Source: a virus (taxonomy: Duplodnaviria > Caudoviricetes). From it: a DNA stretch of 36,868 nucleotides. The stretch is taken from the IMG/VR virus record IMGVR_UViG_3300047557_000313, positions 1-36,868 of that record; one strand, written 5' to 3'. Below the pieces are notes generated by a model. It was not told the origin of the DNA and made no database searches. It saw only the letters and a program-made list of their open reading frames with translations. Numbering within the stretch: the stretch's first letter is position 1; each line of letters begins with the position of its first letter. The position numbers were made by a program, and so were the translations under genes. This document shows, in pieces, positions 13,618 to 21,305 of the stretch.

Positions 13618-13924
13618 AAAACGGGTCAAACACCTGTCTGGATTTTTTTACCTCCCTGAACCTGCGCTGCACAAGGTAGTTAGGCTGTCTCTGCGGCCTG
13701 GGAACGTCTCTGCCAGCCCCAAACCTGTACATCGGGAGCTTGATCCTGCCGTTCAGAATGATCTCCCAGTCATTGATATAGACCATCTTCCGCTGGTGCA
13801 GTTTTTTGAGCAGCCCCCTGACAGTCTCGATTGACATCCCAGTCTGCCGTGCAATCTCCTGTGCAGTGACAGCCTCACGCTGCAACATTGCCAACACATC
13901 CAAGAATGACTCAGTGATGCTCAC
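13592..13924 (-). CDS. Winged-helix DNA-binding protein
   Basis: GTG 13924 (GTGA overlap); TAQEIARQTGMSIETVRGLLKKLHQRKMVYINDW...MYRFGAGRD.PRP. Confidence 0.75.
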   Translation of the reverse strand: MSITESFLDVLAMLQREAVTAQEIARQTGMSIETVRGLLKKLHQRKMVYINDWEIILNGRIKLPMYRFGAGRDVPRPQRQPNYLVQRRFREVKKSRQVFDPFFAMCRPML

Positions 13925-14205
13925 TTTGGCGCGACGAGGTTTTGCTCGAACAGCACCAGTATTGTTTTTCTCCATGCGGCTTCCCATAGCTCTTTTCGCT
14001 CTCCGTAGTTGAGTTTTGATCCCTGGTCGATGTTGTGATGGCACGACACACACAGAGCTGCGACATAGCAGTCGTGAGCTTTGATAGCCATGCCTTTGCC
14101 GTACTCAGACCAATTAGCATGAGCAGCCTGGGTCTCGTGTTCCTTGCCACACAACTGACAAGGCAGACTGGCGACTGCTCTCAACAAAGCCTTATTTCTG
14201 TACAC
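13921..14205 (-). CDS. HNH/zinc-finger nuclease-like protein (DUF968/DUF1364-like)
   Basis: LPCQLCG....QAAHAN....GKGMAIKAHD...AALC.SCH..ID. Confidence 0.75.
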   Translation of the reverse strand: MYRNKALLRAVASLPCQLCGKEHETQAAHANWSEYGKGMAIKAHDCYVAALCVSCHHNIDQGSKLNYGERKELWEAAWRKTILVLFEQNLVAPK

Positions 14206-14446
14206 GATGCCACCTCATGATTTCAGCCTGCAACGCCTCTCTGTCACCCATGCCGCGAGCCTTCTCTACTAGCTCAAGATAGGCTCTACGTCTATCCTTC
14301 CCGCGCATCTTCAACACAAATTGAGCCTCACAAAACGCTGCATAGGCTCTGGACTGCAACGGGACTACGCTTCCGTCTGGTAGATGCTTGGGAGCTGCAT
14401 TATCGTGTCGCGTTCCACACGCATCGCACTCAAGTCCTCCGTCCAT
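14192..14446 (-). CDS. Hypothetical protein (84 aa)
   Basis: CDACG...; CEAQFVL......RRAYLELVEKARG....LQAEI motif; overlaps both neighbours. Confidence 0.6.
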   Translation of the reverse strand: MDGGLECDACGTRHDNAAPKHLPDGSVVPLQSRAYAAFCEAQFVLKMRGKDRRRAYLELVEKARGMGDREALQAEIMRWHRVQK

Positions 14447-14799
14447 ACAAATCCTCGTTCAGTAGCCCATGCAATGACCTTTTCAACATACTCGCTGAAT
14501 GCAGCAGTCGTCATCCCTGTCGTTGTCGGCTCCAGCTCAACCATCTGCCCACCCGGAAGCTCACGCATCCGTCCAGGCAGGAACAGAGTTTTGAAGTAGA
14601 TGTGCCAAGTGTCCGGACAATGTCCCTGACCACCGGGCATGATCTGCTCGCTGATCGCTTGCAAGACTGCCCAATAAAGCGAGTTCTGAGCGGTTGAGCG
14701 GTTAGGTTTGGAGATCGACACCACCCAACCCGGTTTAGCGGCTTGTACGGCCTCCAATGCCCTCCTACGGGCATCCTCGTTTGTCAGTGGGATCAGCAT
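14365..14799 (-). CDS. ninB: NinB/Orf-family recombination mediator
   Basis: ATG 14799 with GGAGGAG RBS; RSTAQNSLYWAVL..ISEQ...DTWH.YFK...TTGMT...FSEYVEKVIAWA.E.G. Confidence 0.8.
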   Translation of the reverse strand: MLIPLTNEDARRRALEAVQAAKPGWVVSISKPNRSTAQNSLYWAVLQAISEQIMPGGQGHCPDTWHIYFKTLFLPGRMRELPGGQMVELEPTTTGMTTAAFSEYVEKVIAWATERGFVWTEDLSAMRVERDTIMQLPSIYQTEA

Positions 14800-15104
14800 A
14801 GCTCCTCCACCTTGCACTGCCAGCGGTTGCCTTCCTTGTACCAGCCATGAATCTGGATGCGCCAACCTGCACGAACCATCTCAGGATAGGCGTCAGCATC
14901 CTGGATCTTGCGTCTGCGGCTGCTCATGTTGGACTTGCTGGTGGTCTGTACTGCAATGGTTTCACCGTCACCGATTGCCAGGATGTCGATGCAGCCAAAC
15001 AGGTCATGCTTGCGCTTTGTGAATCCGTTGTAGTGCTCGACGATGGCAACACGGTAACCGTCACCCTCAAGCAGCCACTTGCTGCGCGCTGTCAGTGTTG
15101 TCAT
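14793..15104 (-). CDS. PD-(D/E)xK-like nuclease / putative Holliday junction resolvase
   Basis: L..DGY.V.IVE.....RKHDLFGCIDILAI......AVQTTS; located in the nin-like region. Confidence 0.6.
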   Translation of the reverse strand: MTTLTARSKWLLEGDGYRVAIVEHYNGFTKRKHDLFGCIDILAIGDGETIAVQTTSKSNMSSRRRKIQDADAYPEMVRAGWRIQIHGWYKEGNRWQCKVEELC

Positions 15105-15303
15105 TGAAAAATCCTGGGACTAGCCACTCTTTTTTTACCTGTCCATCCGTCAGCTTCTCTATCTGTAGCGCACGACTGATCGGGACTCGACCAGCCTTCT
15201 TCCAGGAATAGAGGTTTTGACGGTGTAGCTGAAGCAAGACGCACAGCTTGCCTTTGCCGCCTGCGATGGCAGCCGCATAGTCGAGAGCATTTGAGACGTT
15301 CAT
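15067..15303 (-). CDS. Cro/YdaS-like HTH transcriptional regulator
   Basis: ATG 15303 with GGAGG RBS; AGGKGKL..LL..HRQNLYSW...GRVP..RALQIEKLT.GQV....L.P; first gene of the divergent operon. Confidence 0.8.
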   Translation of the reverse strand: MNVSNALDYAAAIAGGKGKLCVLLQLHRQNLYSWKKAGRVPISRALQIEKLTDGQVKKEWLVPGFFNDNTDSAQQVAA

Positions 15304-15322
15304 TGTGTTACCTCCTGTTCGC

Positions 15323-15351
15323 ATTACACCACACTAACAATCGCTTGACAA
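15323..15351 (-). promoter_or_regulatory. Leftward promoter (for the cro-like gene)
   Basis: TTGTCA-17 nt-TGTAAT with an extended -10 TGn. Confidence 0.6.
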
Positions 15352-15373
15352 CTGAAAAGGACTGGTTTACAGT
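15345..15373 (+). promoter_or_regulatory. Rightward early promoter
   Basis: Consensus TTGACA (15345-15350)-17 nt-TACAGT (15368-15373), followed by an AAGGAG RBS and ATG 15401. Confidence 0.8.
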
Positions 15374-15400
15374 GGCTTCACCTTCAACAAGGAGCACACA

Positions 15401-15547
15401 ATGGAAAACGATCAGGATCGCTGGGAATACGAGGTTCAGCGTCACCAGGAGAGTGACAACCTCAAGGCCAAAATCATTGACGGATTGTTGTGGAGCATTG
15501 CCGGTGCAATGCTGACTGTGCTGTTCTACTTTGCGCTCGCAGCATGA
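15401..15547 (+). CDS. Small membrane protein (48 aa, not in ORF track)
   Basis: MENDQDRWEYEVQRHQESDNLKAKIIDGLLWSIAGAMLTVLFYFALAA; AAGGAG RBS; C-terminal TM helix. Confidence 0.75.
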   Translation: MENDQDRWEYEVQRHQESDNLKAKIIDGLLWSIAGAMLTVLFYFALAA

Positions 15548-15744
15548 TCAATGACCCCGATTTCGTCTGGAGAAGCAGCGCCGCCACAGACGTAACAATT
15601 ACATGGCGCAAACACGGTTGGAAACCCATCTCAGAAAGGACAGACCATGAAGCAGATCGCATCCGCACTCGTCAAAGCACAGCGCGAGTTTGGGCCAGCA
15701 CTCAAGACCAGTCGCAATCCTCACTTCAAGAGCAAGTACGCTGA
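15544..15744 (+). CDS. Hypothetical protein (TDV..TWRK.GW.P motif)
   Basis: ATGA-coupled start at 15544: MINDPDFVWRSSAATDVTITWRKHGWKPISE...; tail overlaps erf. Confidence 0.6.
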   Translation: MINDPDFVWRSSAATDVTITWRKHGWKPISERTDHEADRIRTRQSTARVWASTQDQSQSSLQEQVR

Positions 15745-16195
15745 TTTGAGCGCAGTCGTAGAGGCTGTCATTGACGGTCTGAACAACAACGGGATCATGC
15801 TAATGCAGCAGACCCACGAGTGTGCTGACGGTGTGATTGTAGAAACAATGTTTATACATGAGTCTGGAGAGATGCTGTCTGCTGGGAAACTGCATATGCC
15901 AGCAACCAAACAAGATGCCCAGGGCTTTGCGAGCGCTCTGACCTATGCAAGAAGGTACTCGCTCATGTCAGCCTGCGGCATTGCCCCGGAAGATGACGAT
16001 GGCAACGCTGCCAGCAAGAAGGAGCCGCTGAACCCGGATGTCATCGCACAGATCATCCTCAACACACAGTCGATGGATGACCTCAAGTCCTGCTATGCCA
16101 AAGCCTTTAAGCAGTTCCAGGGTGATCAGCAAGCATTGACTGTGATCGAGGACGCAAAGAACCGCAGGAAGGCTGAACTGATGGAGATCAAGTGA
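15647..16195 (+). CDS. erf: ERF-family single-strand annealing protein
   Basis: ALVKAQ......K...NPHFKSKYADL, HESGE, QGFASALTYARRYSL...GIAPEDDDG. Confidence 0.92.
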   Translation: MKQIASALVKAQREFGPALKTSRNPHFKSKYADLSAVVEAVIDGLNNNGIMLMQQTHECADGVIVETMFIHESGEMLSAGKLHMPATKQDAQGFASALTYARRYSLMSACGIAPEDDDGNAASKKEPLNPDVIAQIILNTQSMDDLKSCYAKAFKQFQGDQQALTVIEDAKNRRKAELMEIK

Positions 16196-16800
16196 TGGAA
16201 CAGCGCAGCCCAGAATGGTTTGCTGCGCGTCTCGGGTCAGTCACTGCATCCAGGGTATCGGATGCTCTGGCTGGCCCAGAGACTGCTGCCAGACGAAACT
16301 ACCTCGTGCAGCTAGTCACCGAGCGACTGACAGGACAACAGCAGGAGTCATTCACCAACGCAGCAATGCAGTGGGGGACAGAGACTGAGCCTCTGGCGCG
16401 TGTGGTGTATCAAGCCACACTAAAGGGTGACTCGTTCGTCTCAGATGCTCCGTTTGTCAAGCACCAGACAATAGCGTGGTTTGGCGCATCACCGGATGGC
16501 TATGTCGAGGATGGACTGGTCGAGATCAAGTGTCCTAACTCAACAACGCACATCGACTACCTGATGGCTGGCAAGGTTCCAGCAAAGTATCAGAAGCAGA
16601 TGCTGGCTCAGTTAGCTTGTACAGGCAGGGAATGGTGCGACTTTGTGTCGTTCGATCCTAGAGTTCCAGATCACCTGCAACTGTTTGTTGTACGGTTTCA
16701 ACCCAAGAAGGAGGAGATCAAAAAGCTAGAGGAAGGAGTGACGAAGTTCTTGGATGAAGTCAACAAAGCAATGGAGAGCTTGAATGCCGGTAAAATTTGA
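16192..16800 (+). CDS. YqaJ/lambda-type exonuclease
   Basis: QRSPEWFAARLGSVTAS, MQWG.ETEP.AR, GASPDG, VEIKCP, Q..AQL.C..REWCDFVSFDPR. Confidence 0.92.
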   Translation: MMEQRSPEWFAARLGSVTASRVSDALAGPETAARRNYLVQLVTERLTGQQQESFTNAAMQWGTETEPLARVVYQATLKGDSFVSDAPFVKHQTIAWFGASPDGYVEDGLVEIKCPNSTTHIDYLMAGKVPAKYQKQMLAQLACTGREWCDFVSFDPRVPDHLQLFVVRFQPKKEEIKKLEEGVTKFLDEVNKAMESLNAGKI

Positions 16801-17014
16801 TGTAGTAGCTGCGACTGGAACCTACACCGCAAAAGACGGTTCAGAGAAAAAGTCTTGGATGAAAATTGGGTCAGTCATCCAGACCCAGAAAGGCATGAGT
16901 CTGAAGCTCAACGCTGTCCCTGTTGGCTGGGATGGCTGGGCTATGCTGGCTGAACCGAAAGACAAACCACAGAAGGCAGATTATGACGATGGAGACAGTT
17001 CTGTTCCTTTCTGA
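16784..17014 (+). CDS. Putative miniature single-stranded DNA-binding protein
   Basis: 76 aa, beta-rich core with aromatics (GTY..KDG.EK..W.KIG...VPVGWDGW) and SSB-type acidic tail DYDDGDSSVPF; follows exo/erf. Confidence 0.6.
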   Translation: MPVKFDVVAATGTYTAKDGSEKKSWMKIGSVIQTQKGMSLKLNAVPVGWDGWAMLAEPKDKPQKADYDDGDSSVPF

Positions 17015-17222
17015 CCCAATCAATCCATCCCACTACAAACAGGGTGGGATCGAAGCGATTGACGGAATTACAGCAGCCTGCACAGGCTTAGACGGAGTCG
17101 AAGCCTACTGCACTGGCAACGCAATCAAATACCTGTGGCGCTGGAAACACAAAAACGGGATCGAAGATCTCAAAAAAGCTCAGTGGTACATCAACAAGCT
17201 CATTGAGATCAACACGAAATAA
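16983..17222 (+). CDS. DUF3310 (T7 gp1.7 nucleotide-kinase-like) protein
   Basis: DPINPSHYKQGGIEAID...GNAIKYLWR..HKNGIEDLKKAQWY. Confidence 0.85.
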   Translation: MTMETVLFLSDPINPSHYKQGGIEAIDGITAACTGLDGVEAYCTGNAIKYLWRWKHKNGIEDLKKAQWYINKLIEINTK

Positions 17223-18150
17223 TCTCACCTTTGTACTCGACCTCGCCCTCTGCCCGTACCTGCGCCACCTGCGGGTAGAGGAGCTTTCCTTCGTTGATCG
17301 ATAGAACAATAAATCCTGATCGCCAGTCAACAGGACTATCCTCGTTGTAGGCAAACTGTGGCCCGTACAGATCGGCCAGCGTACCAGTGTCGATTCCGTA
17401 TCTAACGCCGTTGTAATCCGAAAACGGCGTAACCTTCAACTGATGCAGGTGGCCCGTGACAGTTGTCCTGCCAGCGTTCAGAGTGTTGTTCCTGGTCGCG
17501 TGAATGCCGCCTTTGATGCGGTGCTTGATAACGATGTCATCGTTCACAAACAATGACCAGCATGGAGTCCAAAACGGGAAATGATCCTTGAGCTGGAATC
17601 CTTGCACACCCTCAAACTCTGAGACCTTGTTGCTCAGCGTGGTCTCAAACCGCGCATCGTGGTTGCCTAGCGGCCAGAACAACTTAGCTCCCTGTGCAAC
17701 CTTTTCGATCTCATCCAGCCGCTCTTTGACAGCCTTCAGCTCCTCCATAACAGTAGGAGCCTTGCCCCACATCTGCCTGCCGAATCTGCTGATCTGAGCG
17801 CCATCAAACGCATCGCCGTTGCAAACAATGACTGACGGTTTTTCAGCAGCAATGACCTTTAGCAGAGCGCGGTGCGCGGTGGAGATATACCCAGGCCAGT
17901 AGTGCGCGTCAGAGAAGATGACAATCTTGCCATTCGTGACCTCGACCTCAACCCGACCGGAGGCTTTTAATTTGGCGATAATGCGATTTGAAATAGTCGC
18001 CGGAGTTCCATCCATACCAGCGACACCGTTCCTCCTCAGACGATCCTGCACAGCCCTGATACTAATGCCCAACCTGCGTGACATTGCAGTCGGTGACGGA
18101 TTGCCATCATAAGCAGCCCAGAACTCAGCATCCTCAATCAACCGAGGCAT
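17209..18150 (-). CDS. Calcineurin-like metallophosphoesterase with N-terminal HTH
   Basis: DxH (SDAHY), GD (NGDAFD), GNHD, H (KHR) and GHxH (GHLH) motifs; N-terminal PTAMSRRLGISIRAVQDRL HTH. Confidence 0.88.
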   Translation of the reverse strand: MPRLIEDAEFWAAYDGNPSPTAMSRRLGISIRAVQDRLRRNGVAGMDGTPATISNRIIAKLKASGRVEVEVTNGKIVIFSDAHYWPGYISTAHRALLKVIAAEKPSVIVCNGDAFDGAQISRFGRQMWGKAPTVMEELKAVKERLDEIEKVAQGAKLFWPLGNHDARFETTLSNKVSEFEGVQGFQLKDHFPFWTPCWSLFVNDDIVIKHRIKGGIHATRNNTLNAGRTTVTGHLHQLKVTPFSDYNGVRYGIDTGTLADLYGPQFAYNEDSPVDWRSGFIVLSINEGKLLYPQVAQVRAEGEVEYKGEIISC

Positions 18151-18445
18151 TCTTAAACAACCATTTCCTGACGGTAGGGTTATCGGCTAGCATCGCGTAG
18201 ACGCCTCGCTCGACCTCACAAACCTGCTCTTCCGTCAGCGTAGGGCAGGAGGCATGAACCATCTCGTGAAACAGCGTGTCCTGGAGCTTGCCAGTAGACC
18301 CAAACTGTAGGTAAATCTTACGGTCGGCTGTATCGCACAGACCAACACAATCAGTCCCGTCAGAGTTGATCTGCTCAACTAACTCAATGGACCATCGACG
18401 ACCATTGATCCTGACAGACTTAAATGGAAGTTTGCTTTCTGTCAC
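18134..18445 (-). CDS. Small zincin-type metallopeptidase-like protein
   Basis: GLCD..DRKIYL...DTLFHEMVHA (HExxH) followed by EE.V. Confidence 0.75.
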   Translation of the reverse strand: MTESKLPFKSVRINGRRWSIELVEQINSDGTDCVGLCDTADRKIYLQFGSTGKLQDTLFHEMVHASCPTLTEEQVCEVERGVYAMLADNPTVRKWLFKNASVD

Positions 18446-18957
18446 GAATGCAGCATTAGCAAAGCCTGTTTACGCACATCATCAACCCTGCGACCCCAGC
18501 CCTTGCCAAAGGTGTCCCACGTTGCAAGTTCCTGCAAGAACTTCAATCGCGCAGCAGAGTAATCTTCAATAACCTGACGCGCATCAGCAGCCGCTACAGC
18601 CCTCAATGTCAACGGGCCAATAGCTCCGTCAGCCGTGACACCAATCGCCTCCTGTAGGAACTTTGAAGCCCTCCCAGGACCACTGTTGATCGCGGTATCA
18701 AACACGCAGTAATCGATCCCGGTCGGAAGATCATCAGCTTTGACAGCATCCCAGTATTTCTGTCGATACAGCGGCATGACATCAGCAGGGGTGAGGTTTT
18801 TCATGTCCTCTACAGTGACAGGATGACCACACCATTTTTCCCACGTTGCTTTTGTACATCCGAGGTTTGTAACACCACCAGGGTCTTTGGGATGATTAAC
18901 AAACCCCCCCTCGTGGTGCAGCACAAACTCCAAACACTGCGGGAAATTGCCTTTCAC
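18442..18957 (-). CDS. Endolysin, glycoside hydrolase family 108 with peptidoglycan-binding domain
   Basis: HEGGFVNHPKDPGGVTNLG, YW, FDTAINSG.GRA..LQ, DGAIGP.TL, FGKGW.RRV. Confidence 0.92.
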   Translation of the reverse strand: MKGNFPQCLEFVLHHEGGFVNHPKDPGGVTNLGCTKATWEKWCGHPVTVEDMKNLTPADVMPLYRQKYWDAVKADDLPTGIDYCVFDTAINSGPGRASKFLQEAIGVTADGAIGPLTLRAVAAADARQVIEDYSAARLKFLQELATWDTFGKGWGRRVDDVRKQALLMLHS

Positions 18958-19367
18958 TTTTTGCCTCGCATATCAATGATTTTTTCCAGCGTCCTGCCGC
19001 CGAAATAAAAGCTCATGATCAACATTCCCCACTGACCAAGCAGCTCGACATAGTTGGCGTTTGTGTCCTTGCCGAATGCAGACATCATTGCAAACGTAAA
19101 GTAGCCAGCAAGGATAAATATAAGTGTCATCGGCCTGATGTTTTTTGACAGCCATGAGTCACTACCCATGTCTGCCTTCAGCCGCTCAGTCAGATTATTC
19201 TGTTCTGTCTTAAACAGCTCGGTTTCGTTAGCCATTTTAGCTAGCTCACCGTTTTGCTGCATCAGTGCAAGCTCTGCTTGAGCTTTGGCCTTTGCCTCTG
19301 GATCTGGGATGACCTTATCAAGAATCTTCCCTGCAAACGGAAGCAGAGCACTAATCGCTGGCAGCAT
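18954..19367 (-). CDS. Holin (GTA-type holin of 3TMs family)
   Basis: ATG 19367; ILDKVIPDPEAKAKA, DMGSDSWLSKNIRP, two hydrophobic helices, YFGGRTLEK; immediately upstream of the endolysin. Confidence 0.85.
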   Translation of the reverse strand: MLPAISALLPFAGKILDKVIPDPEAKAKAQAELALMQQNGELAKMANETELFKTEQNNLTERLKADMGSDSWLSKNIRPMTLIFILAGYFTFAMMSAFGKDTNANYVELLGQWGMLIMSFYFGGRTLEKIIDMRGKK

Positions 19368-19611
19368 TGCGCTTCTCCAGTGCTGATGACAAAGACTTGC
19401 GACCGACGACACCGCCAATCGCGCCAATACACAAAAGCATGATGTCTTTCAGGATGGCGAGAAAAGCCTCGTCAATCGGACTGATGCGATCCATGTCATG
19501 CTCAACAAACAACACACCACCAAGGATCGTCAACACAGACACAACAAGAATGCCAGTTAATGACAACGTGATCACAGCCCAAACACGGACTTCAATCTCA
19601 TCGTTTGTCAT
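19351..19611 (-). CDS. Two-TM membrane protein in the lysis cassette
   Basis: Two hydrophobic segments; TAATG coupling upstream. Confidence 0.7.
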   Translation of the reverse strand: MTNDEIEVRVWAVITLSLTGILVVSVLTILGGVLFVEHDMDRISPIDEAFLAILKDIMLLCIGAIGGVVGRKSLSSALEKRNAASD

Positions 19612-20123
19612 TATGACTTCTCAATAATGAACGCAATCATGTGCCACAGAATAATGCTCGCCATGCCCAACACGACAGAAATAAAGATCGCATCGGCACT
19701 CATTCGCACTAATTTTTTCCTGCGCCGAATCTGATCGTATACCATCTTCTCACGCTGTTCTTTGATCTTCCGGCGCATCATAATGAACTCGTTATAACCG
19801 TCCTTGCCCAGCCACCAGAGTTCGCCCAGCGTGAACATATGCCGGATCTCCTCCTCCATCTGCGCTACCTTGATTTTGGCAGCGTAAGTGTCGAAGGCTT
19901 CCGCAGTTGCGCTCTTTTTGAATACTAGCTTCTTGAACAACGGAGGAGGCTTGTTGGCATTCTCCTCCTCTGTCCTAATCCACTCCTGCAAGTCAGCAAC
20001 AGCACCAGCCCACTTGCCAAGCTGACCGAATACATCTTCAGCTTCGCGCCCTACCTCAACGGCTTTTTTTAAGCCATTGAATACTGCGGTCGCAGTAGCA
20101 AGTAGGGTGACTGGATCGAGCAT
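19611..20123 (-). CDS. Membrane-anchored coiled-coil protein
   Basis: MLDPVTLLATATAVF N-terminus, helical middle, C-terminal TM helix. Confidence 0.7.
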   Translation of the reverse strand: MLDPVTLLATATAVFNGLKKAVEVGREAEDVFGQLGKWAGAVADLQEWIRTEEENANKPPPLFKKLVFKKSATAEAFDTYAAKIKVAQMEEEIRHMFTLGELWWLGKDGYNEFIMMRRKIKEQREKMVYDQIRRRKKLVRMSADAIFISVVLGMASIILWHMIAFIIEKS

Positions 20124-20317
20124 TACTTAATCCAGTTGTCCCATGCAGCTTTCATCACCAGCAGAGCAGCTCCGATACCAGCTAACCACTTCATAAACGC
20201 AACAAGCGCTTGAGCGGTCTTCCAGGCTTCAGCAAGGTCTTTGATACTGTCGTTTAGCGTATCGACCTTTTGCTCAAGTTTTTCAACGTGAGCGCGGAGT
20301 TGCTCTACATCGCTCAT
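20123..20317 (-). CDS. Small coiled-coil plus TM protein (64 aa)
   Basis: ATGA-coupled start at 20317; heptad region followed by a hydrophobic C-terminal helix. Confidence 0.65.
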   Translation of the reverse strand: MSDVEQLRAHVEKLEQKVDTLNDSIKDLAEAWKTAQALVAFMKWLAGIGAALLVMKAAWDNWIK

Positions 20318-21303
20318 GATGTCCGCTTCCACATATAAACCGTAATGTACGGCTGATAGTTGGCATTAGTACCGGACGAACCAGTGCTGCCGGTCGTACC
20401 AGATACCGAGTGCGTATGATCGCCTGAAGCGTTACCAGTTGTAAAGGTATGCGTGTGAGCGCCGGCAGAGTTGATACCGTCAGTAATGTTGCCAACCTGA
20501 TTAAGGCGCCCTTCAAAGAAGAAATCATTGCCGCCAAGCGAATTGCCAAAGTTTGCAGTATGAGTATGCGTACCAGCAGAATCAGTCGTTCCTGAATGCG
20601 TGTGCGTTGCGCTCTGACCGCCTGTCGTAGCACTGAACGAATGCGTGTGACTGACAACGATCGCATCAGCACTACCACCCGTCTCCTCTGCTGAGTCAAA
20701 CAGCGCATTACCACTGTCAAAACCAACAGGAACACGGCCAGCACCAAACGCTACCCATGTACCGAAGCCTAGTAGAGTGCCTGGGTTGGTTCCGTTAGTA
20801 GCGTTGAAATACAGACTTCCAACAGGATACAAGGCTCTTAGCGCAGCCTGAACAAATGCAGTTGTTGCTACTGTCGTGTTGTTTGTACCAGCAGCTTGGG
20901 TAGCAGCAGTCGGTGATGCAGCAGTCAAGTTGCCGTTCAGATCACCCGTTACATTGCCTGTAACATTGCCTGTAACATTGCCTGTAACATTTCCGACGAA
21001 TCCTACGCTGGTAAATCGACCAACAGCAGACCCGCCAGCAGCAACACCTAGCTCGTTTGCAGTGACTCGATACAAACCAGTGTCTGTGTCACCGTTGAAC
21101 GTCCAAGACGGAGCGGCAGCGGTTCCTGCCGGAGCGACATAAATGTCCTGAGCGCCGGATTGCCATTCCTTCAGGTCCGACATCAGCGTCCGAATCGCAT
21201 TGTTGATCGACGAAGGTGGGCACCCCTCCGCGATGTTAATGCTGTTGATGTCAGTGTTGAGGTCTGGATTAGTGTCGAACTCGCTGATCTTAGTCTTTGC
21301 CAT
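20314..21303 (-). CDS. Tail fibre/needle-like protein with T4 gp10-C-like domain
   Basis: INIAEGCPPSSINNAIRTLM N-terminus, GNVT repeats, ATTAFVQ, LYPVGSLY...GFGTW..FGAGRV.VG, HTH/HSH metal motifs, QPYITVYMWKRT end. Confidence 0.8.
   Translation of the reverse strand: MAKTKISEFDTNPDLNTDINSINIAEGCPPSSINNAIRTLMSDLKEWQSGAQDIYVAPAGTAAAPSWTFNGDTDTGLYRVTANELGVAAGGSAVGRFTSVGFVGNVTGNVTGNVTGNVTGDLNGNLTAASPTAATQAAGTNNTTVATTAFVQAALRALYPVGSLYFNATNGTNPGTLLGFGTWVAFGAGRVPVGFDSGNALFDSAEETGGSADAIVVSHTHSFSATTGGQSATHTHSGTTDSAGTHTHTANFGNSLGGNDFFFEGRLNQVGNITDGINSAGAHTHTFTTGNASGDHTHSVSGTTGSTGSSGTNANYQPYITVYMWKRTS
20948..20995. repeat. 12-bp tandem repeat x4 encoding (GNVT)4
   Basis: gttacattgcct gtaacattgcct gtaacattgcct gtaacatttccg. 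Confidence 0.9.
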
Positions 21304-21305
21304 GA

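Noticed and set aside
20948-20995. 12-bp tandem repeat as origin iterons
   Set aside because: It is in frame in a fibre gene and encodes the common GNVT shaft repeat.
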